Shown: one piece after another, positions 1-14,105 of the stretch
Position numbering within the stretch: the first letter of the stretch is position 1
Layout: every line of letters starts with the position of its first letter
Assembly: GCA_951406725.2 (NCBI GenBank)
Contig: OX597818.1
Coordinates: 27,776,001 to 27,840,000 of the forward strand
Reading direction: 5' to 3'
DNA length: 64,000 nucleotides
DNA from: Octopus vulgaris
Taxonomy: Eukaryota
Made by a program: the position numbers and the translations under genes
Notes under the pieces: model-generated
Databases searched by the model: none
What the model was told of the DNA's origin: nothing
The model's input: only the letters and a program-made list of their open reading frames with translations

Positions 1-429
1 AGGGAGGGGGAGGAAGAGAGAGAGGAGGAGACAGAAAGAGAACAAGAAAAAGCAGGAGAGAGATTGTAGCAAAGTGCCGAGTATACTCACAAATGACAGG
101 GATCAGAATATAAATGGAATGGTTGAGTAAAAGGAGAGAGAGATAAATGGTGGCAAGTGCCAGGGCATACACTTAAGGTTTGAAGGTCACACTATATGTG
201 GCAGGACATTGCCAAAGAAGCACAAGTAGAGGTGGGGAAAGGGAATGCAGTTAGTGGTGAAAACCTGGGAATAGAGAGTGGGTGGCAGGCTATGGGATAG
301 CAATGATACAGCGAAACAAGGTTGTGAGGACAGGATTGGGGAGTGAGAAGTAAACATAGTGCATAAAAGAAGAGATATAGAGATGTAGTTGTTAAGTGTG
401 TCTGGAACATACAGCACTTCTAGAACTCA

Positions 430-3400
430 GTTTTGCTGATGTTGCTGATGTGGCTCAAGAACCTCATATCACCAGACATCTCAGTCTATTGTCAATTCCT
501 CTGTGAGGCCCAACATTCTGAGATCGGTCCTTACCACTTCGTCCCATGTCTTCCTGGGTCTCACATGGCACTTCTAGAATTCAGTTTCACTGATGTAGCT
601 GGATCTTCTCAAGAACCTCATATTGGTCCATTGTCATTTCCTCTATGAGGCCCAACATCCTGAGATCAGTCCTTACCACTTCATCTCATGTCTACCTTAG
701 TCTCCCTCTTCCATGAGTACCATCCACTTTCAGTGATCAGAAAATCTTTATGCAGCTGTCTTCATTCATATCCATTACATGTCCAAACCAATTTAGTCTT
801 AGTTCCTGCATGCTGCATTTGATTCCTCTTATGCCCAGCTTTACTCTCAATACATTTGCACTTTGTCATACATTCACACTGATGTTGCACACCTAACAGA
901 GCATACTGCCTTCATTTCTCTACAGTTTACACATGTCTTTTACATTCAGAGCCCATGTCTCACTACCATGGAGTAAAGCTCTTCACATGCAATCATCATA
1001 CAATCTATCTTTCACTCTGAAAGAGAGAGAGAGAGTTCTTTTGATGCCAACAAAAGTAATAGTTCTCTGAACTTCCTCCAACCTATTCTTATTCTAGAAA
1101 CAATACTTTAGGAGAATCCACCACCATTGCTAATTTGGTCACCTATGTAACAGAAACTATCTACAACCTCAAGAGAGCCTCCTGGGCATTTGAGAGAATC
1201 TAAGTCCCGTGTACTCTTAGTGCTTATTATTCTTGTACATCTGCTACATACAAAGACAACTTTATCTGTTAAACTATCTGTGATTCCACTGCACCTCTTA
1301 TGTGTCAATAACTTATACTGATGAAATGAATGGAATTACTTTCAAATCATTTCCTATATATTAAGCAAGGTCACTTATCTGATGGAAAGAGATTCTTATC
1401 TGTCTTCTTGCTGACAACTTTGGTCTTTGCCAGAAGGCCCTTTGATTTCACGTTTTGCTTCCATATCTTGAATTTCTCTATTTCTGCTACGTATTCTGCA
1501 ATAAGAGTGAGGTCGTCAGTATAAAGTAGTTTCCATGTGCATTCAGTTTTGAATTCCTCTGTTATGGCCCAGAGGACTATAATGAATAAAAGTGAGCTGA
1601 GAACTGAAGCCTGGTGAACCCCTACTTGTATGTTAAATTCATCACTGTATTCATGACCGACTTTCCCCTTACTGATAGCACCATTGAGCATGGCTTGTAC
1701 AGCTCTAACAAGCCACTTTTCTACTCCTAACTTCCACCAGGTATTAGAGGTGGGGACTCTGTCTAAAGCTTTCTCCAGGTCGATAAAGGCTAAGTACAAT
1801 GGCCAGATACTTTCCTGCAGCTGTCTTCCTAGGAAGATGGCATCTGTGGAACTCTTCTCAGACACAGAACCAAACTGCATCTCATCTAGTTTAATTCAAT
1901 TCCTAATCAATTGCGCTATTACCCTCTCAGTAACTTTCATGACCCAGTTTAGCACTTTGATACCTCTGTAGTTGTTTCGGTCTAAGGCTTCACCTTTATG
2001 CTTGTAGCAGCTTACTATAATATTACTATTGGGGATGGTGCCTTCTTGGATAACCTGATTAACTATATGGTTGACTAGGCTGTATCCTACACCACCAGAA
2101 ATTTTAATCATCCCAGCAGTGATTCCTGATGCAGAAATGCTTCTCATATCTCCATATCCTTAATTGCTTTATCTATCATACTGCTATCAATTCTGATGGC
2201 TGGTTGCTCAATTGGTTTGATATTTGGTAAACTTTCCTTCTCACATTCATTTTCCACATTTAGTAATCTTTCATAGTGACAGTAACATGCATCTTTCATC
2301 CTTGAGTCACTGTAAGCTGCTACAAGCGTAAAGATGATGCCTTGGATAGAAACAACTACAGAGATATCAAGCATACCTTTATCCATTCGCACACATTTCT
2401 CACCAACCACATCTCTATTCTCTCTGATACACTGCTTTGCATTCCTGAACATTTCACGCCTCATGCCTCTGATCATCATGCTGGAGAACATTTGTAAATC
2501 TCTTTCTGTTATTCTTTTTGCTGTATAAACCTGACACCTGGCTGCCCTTCTGTCTGCCTGATATATTTCTGTGCTTCCACCATTTTCCCAGTCTTTCCAG
2601 ACTTATCTCTTTGCTTTTATAACACTATCTACCTTATTGTTCTACCACCATATCACCCTTGGTATAGCTGGAACTCTGCCCCAATCACAGATTTCATCTG
2701 TAGCCTTCAGTAGATTATCCTGCAGGAACTTCCAGTTGCTCACTAAGCCATCTGTCCCCAACTCTTCCTCTCTTTCATAAGAAGCTTCTATTTGGAAATC
2801 TCTAAATTTCTGTGTTTGCTGGGTCTTTGAGCTTCATAGTCTTCTGTTCTAGATGGGTTTATTTCTCCAAGTCTCTCTAGCTCTAATTTTGAAGTCACTG
2901 ACTAGTAACCTATGTTGAGCTGTACACTCTTCAACTGGAAAAGACTGTGTTTTCAAGCATCTATCTCGTTGCCTGATGAGGAGATAGCCAATCTGGCTTA
3001 TGTGCTCACCAGACTGATAAGTGATTAGGTGGCTGGCTTTCTGCAGTTAGTGTTACAGATCATGAGATCATTTGCATCACAGAACCCCAGCAATCTTGTT
3101 CCCTCCTCATTCCTAAGTCCAAAGCCATGGTCACCATGCACTCCCTGGAATCCATGGGGATGTTGTCGAACCTGTCCACTGAAGTCACCAGCCATAATAA
3201 CAAAGTCTCTGTCATTTGTTGTTGATGTAGTCTGCAAAAAGACCTCATAGAATTGGCCCTAGTGGTCATCAGCTAGTCCTGTGACTTATCTATAAGTCTC
3301 AACTTAATTAACCTATCATATACTTTGATTACCTCAATTACCTTATCTCCTCACTTTTGTGCTAATAGTATGCCTACACCACCTATGCCATCACTCCTGC

Positions 3401-3590
3401 CTACCAAGAAGAATCTGAATCTCTGTGTCTTATCCATGAGGAATGTACCTGAGGCTGCCCGCCATCTTACTTCTTGCACATCACACACATCAACATACTA
3501 TCACCCCAACATTTCAATAATCTCCCCACTCCTTCCTTTCATTCTTCCAACATTGATGGTAGCAGCCCTGAGATTGTATACATGGGAGTG
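430..3590 (-). mobile_element. Decayed RTE-clade LINE (AP endonuclease + reverse transcriptase ORF, frameshifted)
   Basis: Minus-strand fragments in the expected order. Endonuclease: ATINVGRMKGRSGEIIEML, MAGDF, RNEEGTRLLGFCDANDLMICNT. RT: NYRGIKVL, QFGSVSEKSSTDAIF, AFIDLEKALDRVP, GVHQASVLSSLLF, LLYTDDL, VDSFCYIG. The 3' part has a local duplication (about 445-563 vs 590-705). Confidence 0.9.
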
Positions 3591-4132
3591 AAGGGAAGAA
3601 GGCAATTGTAGAACTTTTGTCATTACCTGGAAAGAAATTCTGCTCAAGCACTTGCCAGCAAGAGCTTTGGTATATAGTTTATTCAGTGAATTACAGTTAA
3701 TCACAGTTTCCTCCATTCCATACAATATCCAAAGTTGGTGCCCACAAGAGATGAAGAGGATCTGAGAAAAGGTCATGTAGGTTGACCAGGAAGAAAAGAT
3801 AGAGTGGTAACATTGGACAGTTTAAGTATTATATTTATATTATATTATATATTATATAAATATTTATATATGTGGTACTTTTAACTGCATAAGACACTTC
3901 TCCAGATGCCTGCATGAAGGTATAATGGTATAAGCAGAATATGTACTCCTCACACACACAGCACATGAGGAGTATCTAAGCTGTCAGATGTACAAATGAA
4001 AATAATGGTGGTGGGGTAGGGTGGGTGGGCATAACGAGTATGCTAAAAATGGTTGCTGTGCAATGACCTTGCACAAATAAATTTTAGTCCCGTACAGCTA
4101 GACGACCTTAGAAGAAAGGTCATAATATTGAG

Positions 4133-4133
4133 A

Positions 4134-4192
<59 letters not shown>
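4133..4192. repeat. (ATT)n microsatellite
   Basis: Visible trinucleotide run. Confidence 0.95.
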
Positions 4193-4193
<1 letters not shown>

Positions 4194-4420
4194 CATCACT
4201 AATTATTAATACTAAATTAATACACATGTACATTTTAATTGGCAAATTTATTGTATAAACATTTTGCAATGAGAAAGGAGGTTGGCTGAAATTGAAATGG
4301 AATACATATGGCCTTGGTAATCGAGATATTGAAAGAAGAGATTAACCTAGATTCATTGACTAAGTCACATTTGAATAATAATAAAAACTTAGCTCTTGAT
4401 TCAAGAGAGAGTAAGCTGAA

Positions 4421-4451
<31 letters not shown>

Positions 4452-4929
4452 TGAGTGATAATTTCTGATGGACTAGGGTTTTCCCTGTCTTTATATTCTT
4501 TATTGCTTTATCTATCTGTTATGGGAGAATCTTGAACATCCCCAGGGAACTGAAGGTGGACTAACCAATTACAAAAAATAGAGAACTGAGTGAACTGCCA
4601 GTGGGGTAGTTGGTAGTGTTAGTTTGACCATGCTGGTTCAACATGTGTCAGTTTAACAGTCAGTAGTTGAACAGTGAATACCGAGTATCATACCTATGTT
4701 CAAGTAGTATGGAATGCGTTCTGTGTTAACATACATTTCTGCGATAGGTTATTTTTAGATAACCAAAACTTACTATTTATTTGTGTAGTACCATTATATA
4801 CCAGCTGTGTATACCCACATCATAACACTATCTTACTACTGTCAACTCAGCTGGTCTCTCTGTTGGGTTCACTTTAGAAAAGCTCTCCTTCTCTCATGCA
4901 CTCTCCACATGTAGCAGCCTTCCATAGTG

Positions 4930-6385
4930 ATATTTGTATGTCTCTTTGTTTTCAGAATCATCCATTCATACATACTTCTCTCACCACTTTGTCCCACATC
5001 TTCCACGGATTCCTTCCACAATTAGAGATCAGAACTTCTTTATGTAGCTGTCCTCATTTTTATGTATCACATAGCTATACCAGCACACTCTTCTCTCATG
5101 CACACTACATCCGATGCCTCTTATACTCAGTTTTTCTCTCAAACTATTTACACTCATATTGACATTGCCCATCCAGTAGAGCATGCTAGCCTCACTTCTT
5201 TCAAGCTTTCACATATCCTCTGTAGTTACAGTCCATGTTTCACTGCTATGTAGCATAACTGAGATACACAAGCATCATACAATGTGCCTTTCATTCTGAG
5301 GGAGAGGCACTTTGTTACCAACAAAGGTAGTAGCTCTCTGAATTTTGCGTAGCCTGTTTTTCCTAGCCAGACCTTCCTCATTCACTGCTAACTTGGTTGC
5401 TTTGGTATTGGAATATATCTACTACTTCTAAGGATTTCCCTCACAAGATATTTGTGGGAGTCTATTATCAACACATTCCTAGTGTTTATTGTACCTGCAT
5501 AACTGCCACACTCAAAAACTACTGCTTGACCTCTTATATGTCCATAGCTTATACAGAGTACACTATGTGGAGTTTCTACTAACTCCTTTTTTTCATAAGA
5601 AGCAGAGCCATCTCTCTGAAGGGATTAGTGCTTTGTTTTCCTACATAATAGGACTTTTGGTTATTGCCAAATTAACTCTAAGGCCCTTTGATTCCAGAAC
5701 TTCTCTAGTCTGGTAATGATTGAGTAATAATAATGTCACCAACATAGAGGAGCATCCAAGGGAAGCCAGTCTTAAATTCCTCTGTTATAGCTTGGAGGGT
5801 TATGATAAACAGGAGGGGACTGAGAACCAATCATTGAACACCTACCTATACCCTAGATTCCTTGTAATACTCATTGCTGACTTTCACCTTACTGACAGCA
5901 TCCTTGTAAATGACTTGTACTGCTCTCACCAACCACACATCAATCCCTAGCTTCTGCAGCATTTTGATACCTCTGTAATTATTTCTGTCTAAGATGTTAC
6001 CTTTACCTTTGTAGCAGTTGACTATGATACTGCTACACCAGTCATTGGGTATGAATGACTCCCTCATGCACAATCTGATTAACTATATGGGTGATTGTGC
6101 TTTATTCTACTCAGCCAGATATTTCAAGCATCTCAGTAGTGATTACTGATGGGCTAGACGTTTTCTCTGTTTTCATATCCTTAATTGCTTTATCTACCAA
6201 GCTACTATCGACTTTTATAACTGGTCCCCCTGTTAGGCACACATTAGACAGAGTCTTCTTCTCCTATGCATTCTCTACAATCAGCAGCCTTCCACAATAG
6301 CACTTCTAGACCTCTTTGCAGAATTATCAACTGCAAGTGTATCACCATCATCCTTGCAAATGCTCTTTTCAGAATCCAAGAGAGG
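4930..6385 (-). mobile_element. RTE LINE RT fragment with internal deletions
   Basis: IPNDWCSSIIVNCYKGKGNILDRNNYRGIK joined directly to KLGIDVWLVRAVQVIYKDAVSKV; homologous to 1371-2147. Confidence 0.85.
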
Positions 6386-7979
6386 CTGGTTGCTCATGCA
6401 GAGAGTACAATGACTGCCTGGTGGTGGTGGTGGTGGTGGTGGTGATGGGAAGGCCAATGCAAAACTGAAGGAGTCATCTATGGGGCTGTGGTGGTACCCA
6501 GACCTAGTGACCATAGTAATAACAGCAACAGATCATCCAACAACACCAGTGGCAACGTCAGAGGTGACAGCAGCAGAACACCAGCACTGACACCAATGAC
6601 CCCAAAACTAGCACTATAGTCAGAGATGACAGCCATGCCAACACCAGCAGCACCAGCAAAGCTACCAATCCCATGCCCAATATTACCAATGATAGCAGCC
6701 ACATCACCATTGGTGATAGCAGCAGCAACACTGGCATTATGACCAGGAATTACTGTTACAATGACAACAGTCACAGCAATATTGCCAGACTCACACTTTG
6801 TAATAACAGCACTGATAACAGTTCCAATAAAAGCAATGACAACAACATCTCCAACCCCAGAGCCAACAGAAGATACACCAGAGATGTGAACACAACTAAC
6901 ACTCATGCTTGGAAATATATTGAGTCAACTGAACTGCCTTCAAGTGGTAGGTGTGGCACCTTAAAGATGAAGGGACCCTATACAATATCAAGTGGAGTAT
7001 CATAGAGTGGCTGGGATCCTATATTAACAGGAGTGGGCACTGCAAAATTTGCATAGCTGAGTGAGCAAGGATCCTCAAAGACTCCTTGGAACCAAGGCTA
7101 TTATTAAATTCCTGATACGAAATTTATAGTCCCTGCATCCATTTCAAATGCTAACTGTTGCAAGCATGGGATTCTCCATTCATCACTTAGATGCAAAAAG
7201 CCCATATGGACTGCCAACTGAACTAGTCTAAGGGAGATAATCCATCCTTACTGACCTGGATTGTTTATTCTTTGCTTACTAACTAACCGTTATATATATA
7301 TATGTGTGTGTAAAAGCAATATTCCCTCCCCGCCCTCTCTCTTTCTCATTATTTCCTTTAGTCTCTCTCGACTATATATTTTCTTTTCATATTGCTTCTA
7401 AGAATGTTACTGGTTCTCATTTCAGCTGTTTTCATTCCTATCAAACTGCTATTACAATAAATGAGGAACATGCTAAGATAAACACTGATTTCTGTTCCCC
7501 TCTTTTCTTTAATTTTATGACGTTCATTCACCCAGTACTACTTTAGTGTTTCTAATCTGCTAAATTTGACTAGCACATGTCAAATCTATACTAGAAATCT
7601 TTCTTCTCTCTTTCAATAAGTATATAACACCTCAGTTTCCCACCTTCTGTGACTGTTTATATTATTCTCTAAATCATATACTTCATCTACCAGATCCCTT
7701 CATGCCCCTTACTTTTCTCCTTCTATACTATGATCCAGACAACGATGGTAATTAATGTCATAGCAAACATCCATAGCAACAGAAATGTTAATTATACTAA
7801 GAGTCTATTGATAATAGTTGAAAATAGCACCTATTGTAGCATATGCAGCAAGTATTTGAGACAGAATGAATGATAGCAAATCTTACCTGTGTAATTCTAC
7901 CAAGAGCCTTCATATAGTAATAAACCAACAAGCAAACAAGTCTACTATTGAAGAAACCCCTTTTACATGTAGTTTCTAA

Positions 7980-8750
7980 AAATCTAGAGCTGCAACCATA
8001 AAATATAATCATGGTGAAAAGTAGATCTGGTGAGATTGTGGAGATACTGCAGTAGAGACAAGAGGATATACTGGATACAAGAGTTGAAATGGAAAGTATC
8101 CTCAACCAAGCTGCTTGCAAGCAAGAGACAACAGTACAAGCTCGTCTGGGTGAGTGGTAGTGACTGAGATGTGTGGTAGGCATACTATTAGCTGAGACAT
8201 AAATAGATAAAGTAACTGAAGTATAGCGAGTGCATTATAGGATCACAAAAATGAGACTGGTTATAGACTACTCAACAGCAACTTTTATTTCCTCACATGC
8301 ACCACACAGGATTAACATAAGAAAGAAAGAACCGCTTTTATAAATTCCTTCTACAGACAAACTCAGCAATGATTGACAGTGTTTTCATTATTGTGGCTGG
8401 TAACTTCATTTAATATGTTGGCCAACATGATGATGTTTTCCATGACATTAGTGAAGATTTTGGATGTGGTTTAAGAAATGAGGAGGGTGTAAGGCTCCGA
8501 GAATCCTGTGATGCAATTGATTAAACACATACTTTAAGAAACCAGCCAACCACCTCATCACTTACCAATCTGGTGAACACAATTAGTCAGATATATTACA
8601 TCTTCATGAAGAAAAGGGTTGGTTTGCGAGTGAAAATATAGACCTTTCCTAATGAAGAATGCACTATACAACATACATTAGTGGCCAGTGACATCAGTCA
8701 GAGCTAAGAAGACACAGAAATGAAAGATGACTTGGAGAAAGAAAATATGA
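7980..8750 (+). mobile_element. RTE LINE AP-endonuclease fragment
   Basis: Reverse-orientation homolog of about 2830-3570 (ctagagctgcaacc...gtggctggtaacttc...agaaatgaggaggg...aagaaaccagccaaccacctcatcacttacca). Confidence 0.7.
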
Positions 8751-8883
8751 AAATAAATATTTATGCAAAATATATGTTCATTTCTGAATTTATATTTATC
8801 ACAACAATGAGAAGATTACACAAGTTTAACAATTTTGGAAATAGCCTTAGTTATTATTTCCTTTTGGTTTTAATCTAGGTGAA

Positions 8884-9041
8884 AGAGTGGCTGTGTGGTA
8901 AGTAGCTTGCTTACCAACACATGGATCCGGGTTCATTTCCACTGCATAGTAACTTGGGCAAGTGTCTACTACTATAGCCTTGTGCCAACAAAGACCTTGT
9001 GAGTGGATTTGGTAGACGGAAACTGAAAGAGACCTGTCATG

Positions 9042-9079
<38 letters not shown>

Positions 9080-9088
9080 CATATGTGT

Positions 9089-9129
<41 letters not shown>

Positions 9130-9325
9130 CTTGTGTGTCTGTGTTTGTCCCTCCAACATTGATTGACAACCGATGCTGGTGTCTTTATGTCCCTGAAACT
9201 TAGCAGTTTGGCAAAAGCAGCTGATAGAATAAGATTAAGTCCTGGGGTCGATTTGCTCAACTAAAGGTAGTGCTCCAGCATGGCCACAGTCAAATGACTG
9301 AAACAAGTAAAAGAATAAAAGAATA
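8884..9325 (+). mobile_element. tRNA-derived SINE, family A (octopus-type), near full length
   Basis: Head gagtggctgtgtggtaag (A-box) ... gggttcatttcc (B-box-like); internal TA/TG microsatellite; 3' end cagtcaaatgactgaaacaagtaaaagaataaaaga. Further copies at 9724, 10999, 36202, 45636 and 63673. Confidence 0.85.
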
Positions 9326-9723
9326 ATATATCAATGACCAATTATGAACTAGTAAACCCCAAAATATTTGTGGCAATTTCTGTAATTTGCTTTAGTTAAC
9401 TAAAGCATTTACTTCATTGAGTTCTAATTTCTAGAATAAGATGCACAGCTAAAACATAAATAAATGTGTTTGTTACAAATGTGTTGTTAGTTGCATGTCT
9501 GCTCCCTTCACCATACTTTTGATTTGCAACAACTTTGCATTGTACTTCTTGAGGGTATTAGGCATGTTTTTAGTGACATATACACAACTTTAGTGAATAA
9601 TTTCTTTCTTGCAGTCTTACAAATACAGTTGCTTAACTTGCCTAAAAAGAGAGACAGAAGTTTATAAGGTGAAGATAAGTTTTAAATGAAGTAATGTTTA
9701 AGAAGAATATTTAACACAGACAC

Positions 9724-9877
9724 AGAAGTGGTTATGTGGTAAGAAGCTTGCTTCCCAACCACATAATTCTGGGTTCAGTTCCACGGTGTGGCACCTTGGA
9801 CAAGTGGCTTCTACTATAGTCTTGGGCTGATCAAAGCCTTGTGAGTAGATTTGGTAGATGGAAACTGAAAGAAGCCT

Positions 9878-9960
<83 letters not shown>
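9724..9960 (+). mobile_element. SINE family A, 5' half, followed by a (TA)n run
   Basis: gaagtggttatgtggtaagaagcttgc...gaaactgaaagaagcc, then about 80 bp of (TA)n. Confidence 0.85.
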
Positions 9961-9963
<3 letters not shown>

Positions 9964-10299
9964 GTATGTGGATTTTTTTGTTTTTTGGTGGAGATTTGGG
10001 TTGTTGTTAGCATTTGATTTTTATGATTCATGTACTTTTTGCCTTCTTGGGTCTTAGCTCAATAATTGTATGTTCTGATTGATAATACTGATAATACTGT
10101 GTTTATTGTGGTGTGGGTTGTAATAACAGGTAGAGTTTTGGCTTTATCTGAACTGTTTTTGGTCTTTCATAATTCTTCAATGTCTTTGGCCTTGGCATGT
10201 TCAGTTCTATTCTCTATTAACTTAGACAGGCACTGTCTTTCAAGTACAACCTGTTATATATTTTGGGTGATATTAGGTAACTAGTAGTTAAGTGTATCT

Positions 10300-12900
10300 T
10301 CTTAAACACTTTCAGTGTATTTTCAACTTTTTTATTTCCTTTATACTACTACTACTTATATTGATTAGTAACTGCCCCTCTCTCTCTCTCTCCCCATATA
10401 TATATATATAATCCAGTGCAGCGTTCAAACCCTACCACCAGTGATTCACTATTGCTACTAGTTGTTTGTCGTAGTTATTAATATGATAATTATTGTTATT
10501 ATCTGTCTTACTAACATTTTTATTATATGATTCAGAGATTCTTCTTATATTATGTGCCACAATGATCTGAGCAAGATTATTGCTGGTGGAAAATGCAAAC
10601 CAAATCATGCGATGATTGAAGATCTGGATATGCTTATTCAATTTTGGGAAATATTTATCTAATGCCATGAAAAATTTAGCAAGAACATTAGTATTTATCT
10701 GCCTATTGCAAACTGCAATATACCACAATATAATCATTGAGTTATTCTTTTGTGGGGGTTGTTAATATATTTGGAAGGTGGCATATTTTTGTGCAAATTA
10801 TCTACTTTGTCAGGTTTATCTGCATTTTTGATTTTGGGCTTGACTATATTACTATCACTTGATGTATTCTTTCTTTTATGGAGGTTGCTCATATTTTTGG
10901 TACCTGGCTTAGTATTGTATGAATTATCAGTTTTCCTATGGGGGTTTAACTGTACTTTTATTATTGTGTTTGCCTATATCAGTATCCCTACCTGTCTTTC
11001 TTTTATTCTTTTACTTGTTTCAGTCATTTGACTGTGGCCATGCTGGAGTACCACCTTTAGTCAAACAAATTGACTTCAGGACTTATTCTTTGTAAGCCTA
11101 GTACTTATTCTATCAGTCTCTTTTGCTGAACCACTAAGTTACAGGGATGTAAACACACCAACATTGGTTGTCAAGCGATGGTGGGTGGGGGGACAAACAC
11201 AGACACTCAAATACCTACATATACAATGGGCTTCTTTTAGTTTCCATCTACGAAATTCACTCACAAGGCTTTGGTTAGCCTGAGGCTCTAGTAGAGGACA
11301 CTTGCCCAAGGTGCCACATAGTGGGGCTGAACTTGGAGCCATGTGGTTGGGAAGGAAGCTTCTTATAGTGATTCCAAGTGTTGTAAGCAGAGTTCACACT
11401 TCCCTTGACATGGTTTTTCTGATTATTTTCAATATTTTTGTTTTCAGTAACTACTTGATTTGAAACCTTGATTCTAATCATATGTGCCTTTACTTCATTC
11501 TTAGGGATATATACTAAATTACCCTTATATCCTGCTTCTGCCAGGGCATTGTTATAATATTTTTCATTACTTTATTGATCTCTTCATTTATAGACAGTCA
11601 AGAAATGCAGGTTGAAATAATTTTGACTATTAAGCAAGTTATATTTTCGGGGTGATTATTTAAAAACTAATGTATTTGAGGTTATCACTGGGTGTGTGAT
11701 ACAGTTAATATTCACCTGTGTTCAAATCCAAGGTAATGTCCAAGAAATTTACTTTACTATGTTCTTCCTCAATGGAGATGGATAAACTAAGACCCTTGAA
11801 GAATTTGAATAGCTTTTTCTGTATTTCTCTATGTTAATATTGCTAGATTTATATACTGTAAATAGAGTGTTATCTGTATATAACAACCCCTTCATACACA
11901 CACACCATTAGTAGAAGTTCATTATTTATACATTTTAGAGTGTAAATACCTACAAAGTTCATTACCAGAGCAAAATCGCTGGATTCCATAGTAACGATGA
12001 TCATATCAGACGTATCCTTCATTTCCCAGTATTTTCCCTCAAATTCAATAATAGATTTTCTAGCCTTTAATATAATGTCTTCTTTGGATAAACTAGAGCT
12101 TCTCATAGCAAATATTAGTGTTTTGTTGAGAAGAATGGGGTTAATAGAGGTGTAACAGTTTAAAATATCTAATTGAATGAATTTAGGGTGATTTTTATCC
12201 TCAATATCAGTGAACTTTTCTGTTACTTCATGAGAACTGAACCACAAGTTAAGCTTAATTATAATCCTAAGATTGGGTATGTATTTATCAATCCATAAAT
12301 CTACTTTTAGATTAATTCTAGGAGTTGTTAGGGAAGTAGGGTTCAGTCCTGTCCTCTAAATTTAACTTCTTCAATATCTCCTTGGCCTTAAATTCATATT
12401 AAATAGGTTGTATTTTGGTGTTATTTTATAGTTGTTCAGGAATTCTTTTCTAATTAAAGAGTGGTAGAGATTGTAATCTATGTGGTATATTTCACCAGTT
12501 TTGTTTGTGTTTAGTAGAATTCTGGGTCTCTGCTTAAGATTTTTCACCAACATGTGCAATTTTTTCAAGTTTTGGTTCCTACATAAAGGGGAGCAGTGGA
12601 ATCTAATTTTCCTGTTGATACTTCAAAATTCTTTCTCAAATCTAATAAGTTGTGGAGTTGGTGGTGGAATTCGTTGAGATTTAAATATATACTGTAATTC
12701 TTCATTGTTATTGATCTGATCTCTTTTCTTCTCTTCCCAAATAAAGTGATAGGCATGCCATATCATGTGGCATATAAAAAATTGTTTTATATCAATGAAG
12801 TTTTTTAAGATTTCCTTTTTGGTTGGTAACAGAATATCCTTAAGAGATGTATTTATGGTAAGCTTCTCCATAGAAGAGTTGACCATCTTAAGCACTCAGA
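10300..12900 (-). mobile_element. Decayed Penelope-like element (RT and thumb region), interrupted by a SINE
   Basis: Minus-strand fragments SLKDILLPTKKE..HMIWHAYHF, LDILNCYTSI (FDI..FYPSI-like), VTMESSDFA (VTMGSYDGA-like), GVVIYR (YRDD region), and IILWY..FFMALDKYFPK..IFNHRM..FSTSNNLAQIIVAHN, which is homologous to the element at 34625. Confidence 0.8.
10999..11366 (-). mobile_element. SINE family A inserted into the Penelope-like element
   Basis: Reverse complement of the 8884-9325 element. Confidence 0.85.
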
Positions 12901-13964
12901 ATAATTTGAATGTATATTGTGAATAGATAAGAATAATAGATCCAGACAGGTACCATTCAAGCACTCTAGTATGATCCAGGTTCTGGCAAACCACATCAAA
13001 TGATATGGAATAAATGGAGATTTTTTGAGGTAAACAAACTCACAGTATTTCATCCAATGGGTAAATCTTGAGTTCACTTTGTTGGATATAGTTTACTGAG
13101 TGCATATTCAAGACATTAAAATAAAAATAGAGAATTATACACCAATGTAGTTTATTATTATTATTACAGTCTCTTATGCAATATATTCTCTTTAAACCTC
13201 CATCTGACATATGTTTCTGCTGCATGAGTATCTTATGTGATGTCCAATTGCATCTTGTTGGTTTGGCTGCATTAAATTATCCATGCAGCATTATTCAAAG
13301 TGTTGCCACTAGTAAAGCTTGATGTAAACTAAAGTATAACAGTTTTGACAGCCTTATATTTTTAGACTGGATTAGAGTTTTGAGTTTAATACCACCCAAC
13401 CTGAAGAAACATGCAAATACTTTAGAAATATCCTACAATCTTGTAAATCAGTTTTACTTGTAACTGCATGCATACTGCATAAAGTACTGTCTGTCTGAGA
13501 TCCTTGTTGTGACTTGACACATAGTTCAAACTCCTGGTACAAACAACATCTTTGATCTACAATATCACAATATTAGATTCTGTGCAATGTCTTCAATAAT
13601 AATAATAAATCAGAATCAGAAAATAGACATGGTATTCAACACATTGGTCATACATGAAATTCTGCAAAATGCCAAGATAATTATATTGCAGTTGTAGAAA
13701 CATAATGCAACTACAGATGTCAAAGCTCCAAATATATACACTTTTCTTGTTATTAGAAAACGTATATATTGTTGAAGCTTTAACATCTGTTGTATTTATT
13801 GAGAGACAGTGAGGAGGTCAAGTGCAAGATTGCATAATGTTTCTTCAACTGTTCAATAATTACTTAAACATTTTGTTGAAATGCTTATATGTCCTATAAA
13901 GAATTGAATACCATACAGGTTTTCTGCTTATTATTATTATTATTATTTCTATATAAAACAGTAA

Positions 13965-14105
13965 GCTGCCTCAATTTTTACTGCACTGGGCAAAATGCTT
14001 AGCAGCATTTCTTCTGACTTTATATTCTGATTTCATGTTCCACCTGAAGGCGACTTTGTCTGTCATCATTTTGGGTTGATAAAGTAAATACTTGAGTCAT
14101 TGTAA
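13965..14105 (+). mobile_element. SINE family B fragment
   Basis: gggcaaaatgcttagcagcattt...gactttgtctgtcatcattttgggttgataaa; related pieces at 15488-15612, 16521-16790, 24440-24645, 30488-30710 and 53590-53800. Confidence 0.65.

Noticed and set aside
9615-9668. Possible upstream exon (ttcttgcag|...aag|GTGAAG, SYKYSCLTCLKRETEVYK)
   Set aside because: The open reading I checked is phase 0-0 (phase 1 hits a stop), which does not fit the phase-1 Ig exons; it is neither signal-peptide-like nor Ig-like, and the donor is weak.
13195-13270. GAAACATATGTC on the minus strand upstream of the Penelope-like ORF, as a hammerhead
   Set aside because: A palindromic stem III is present, but there is no recognisable CUGANGA core or stem I.
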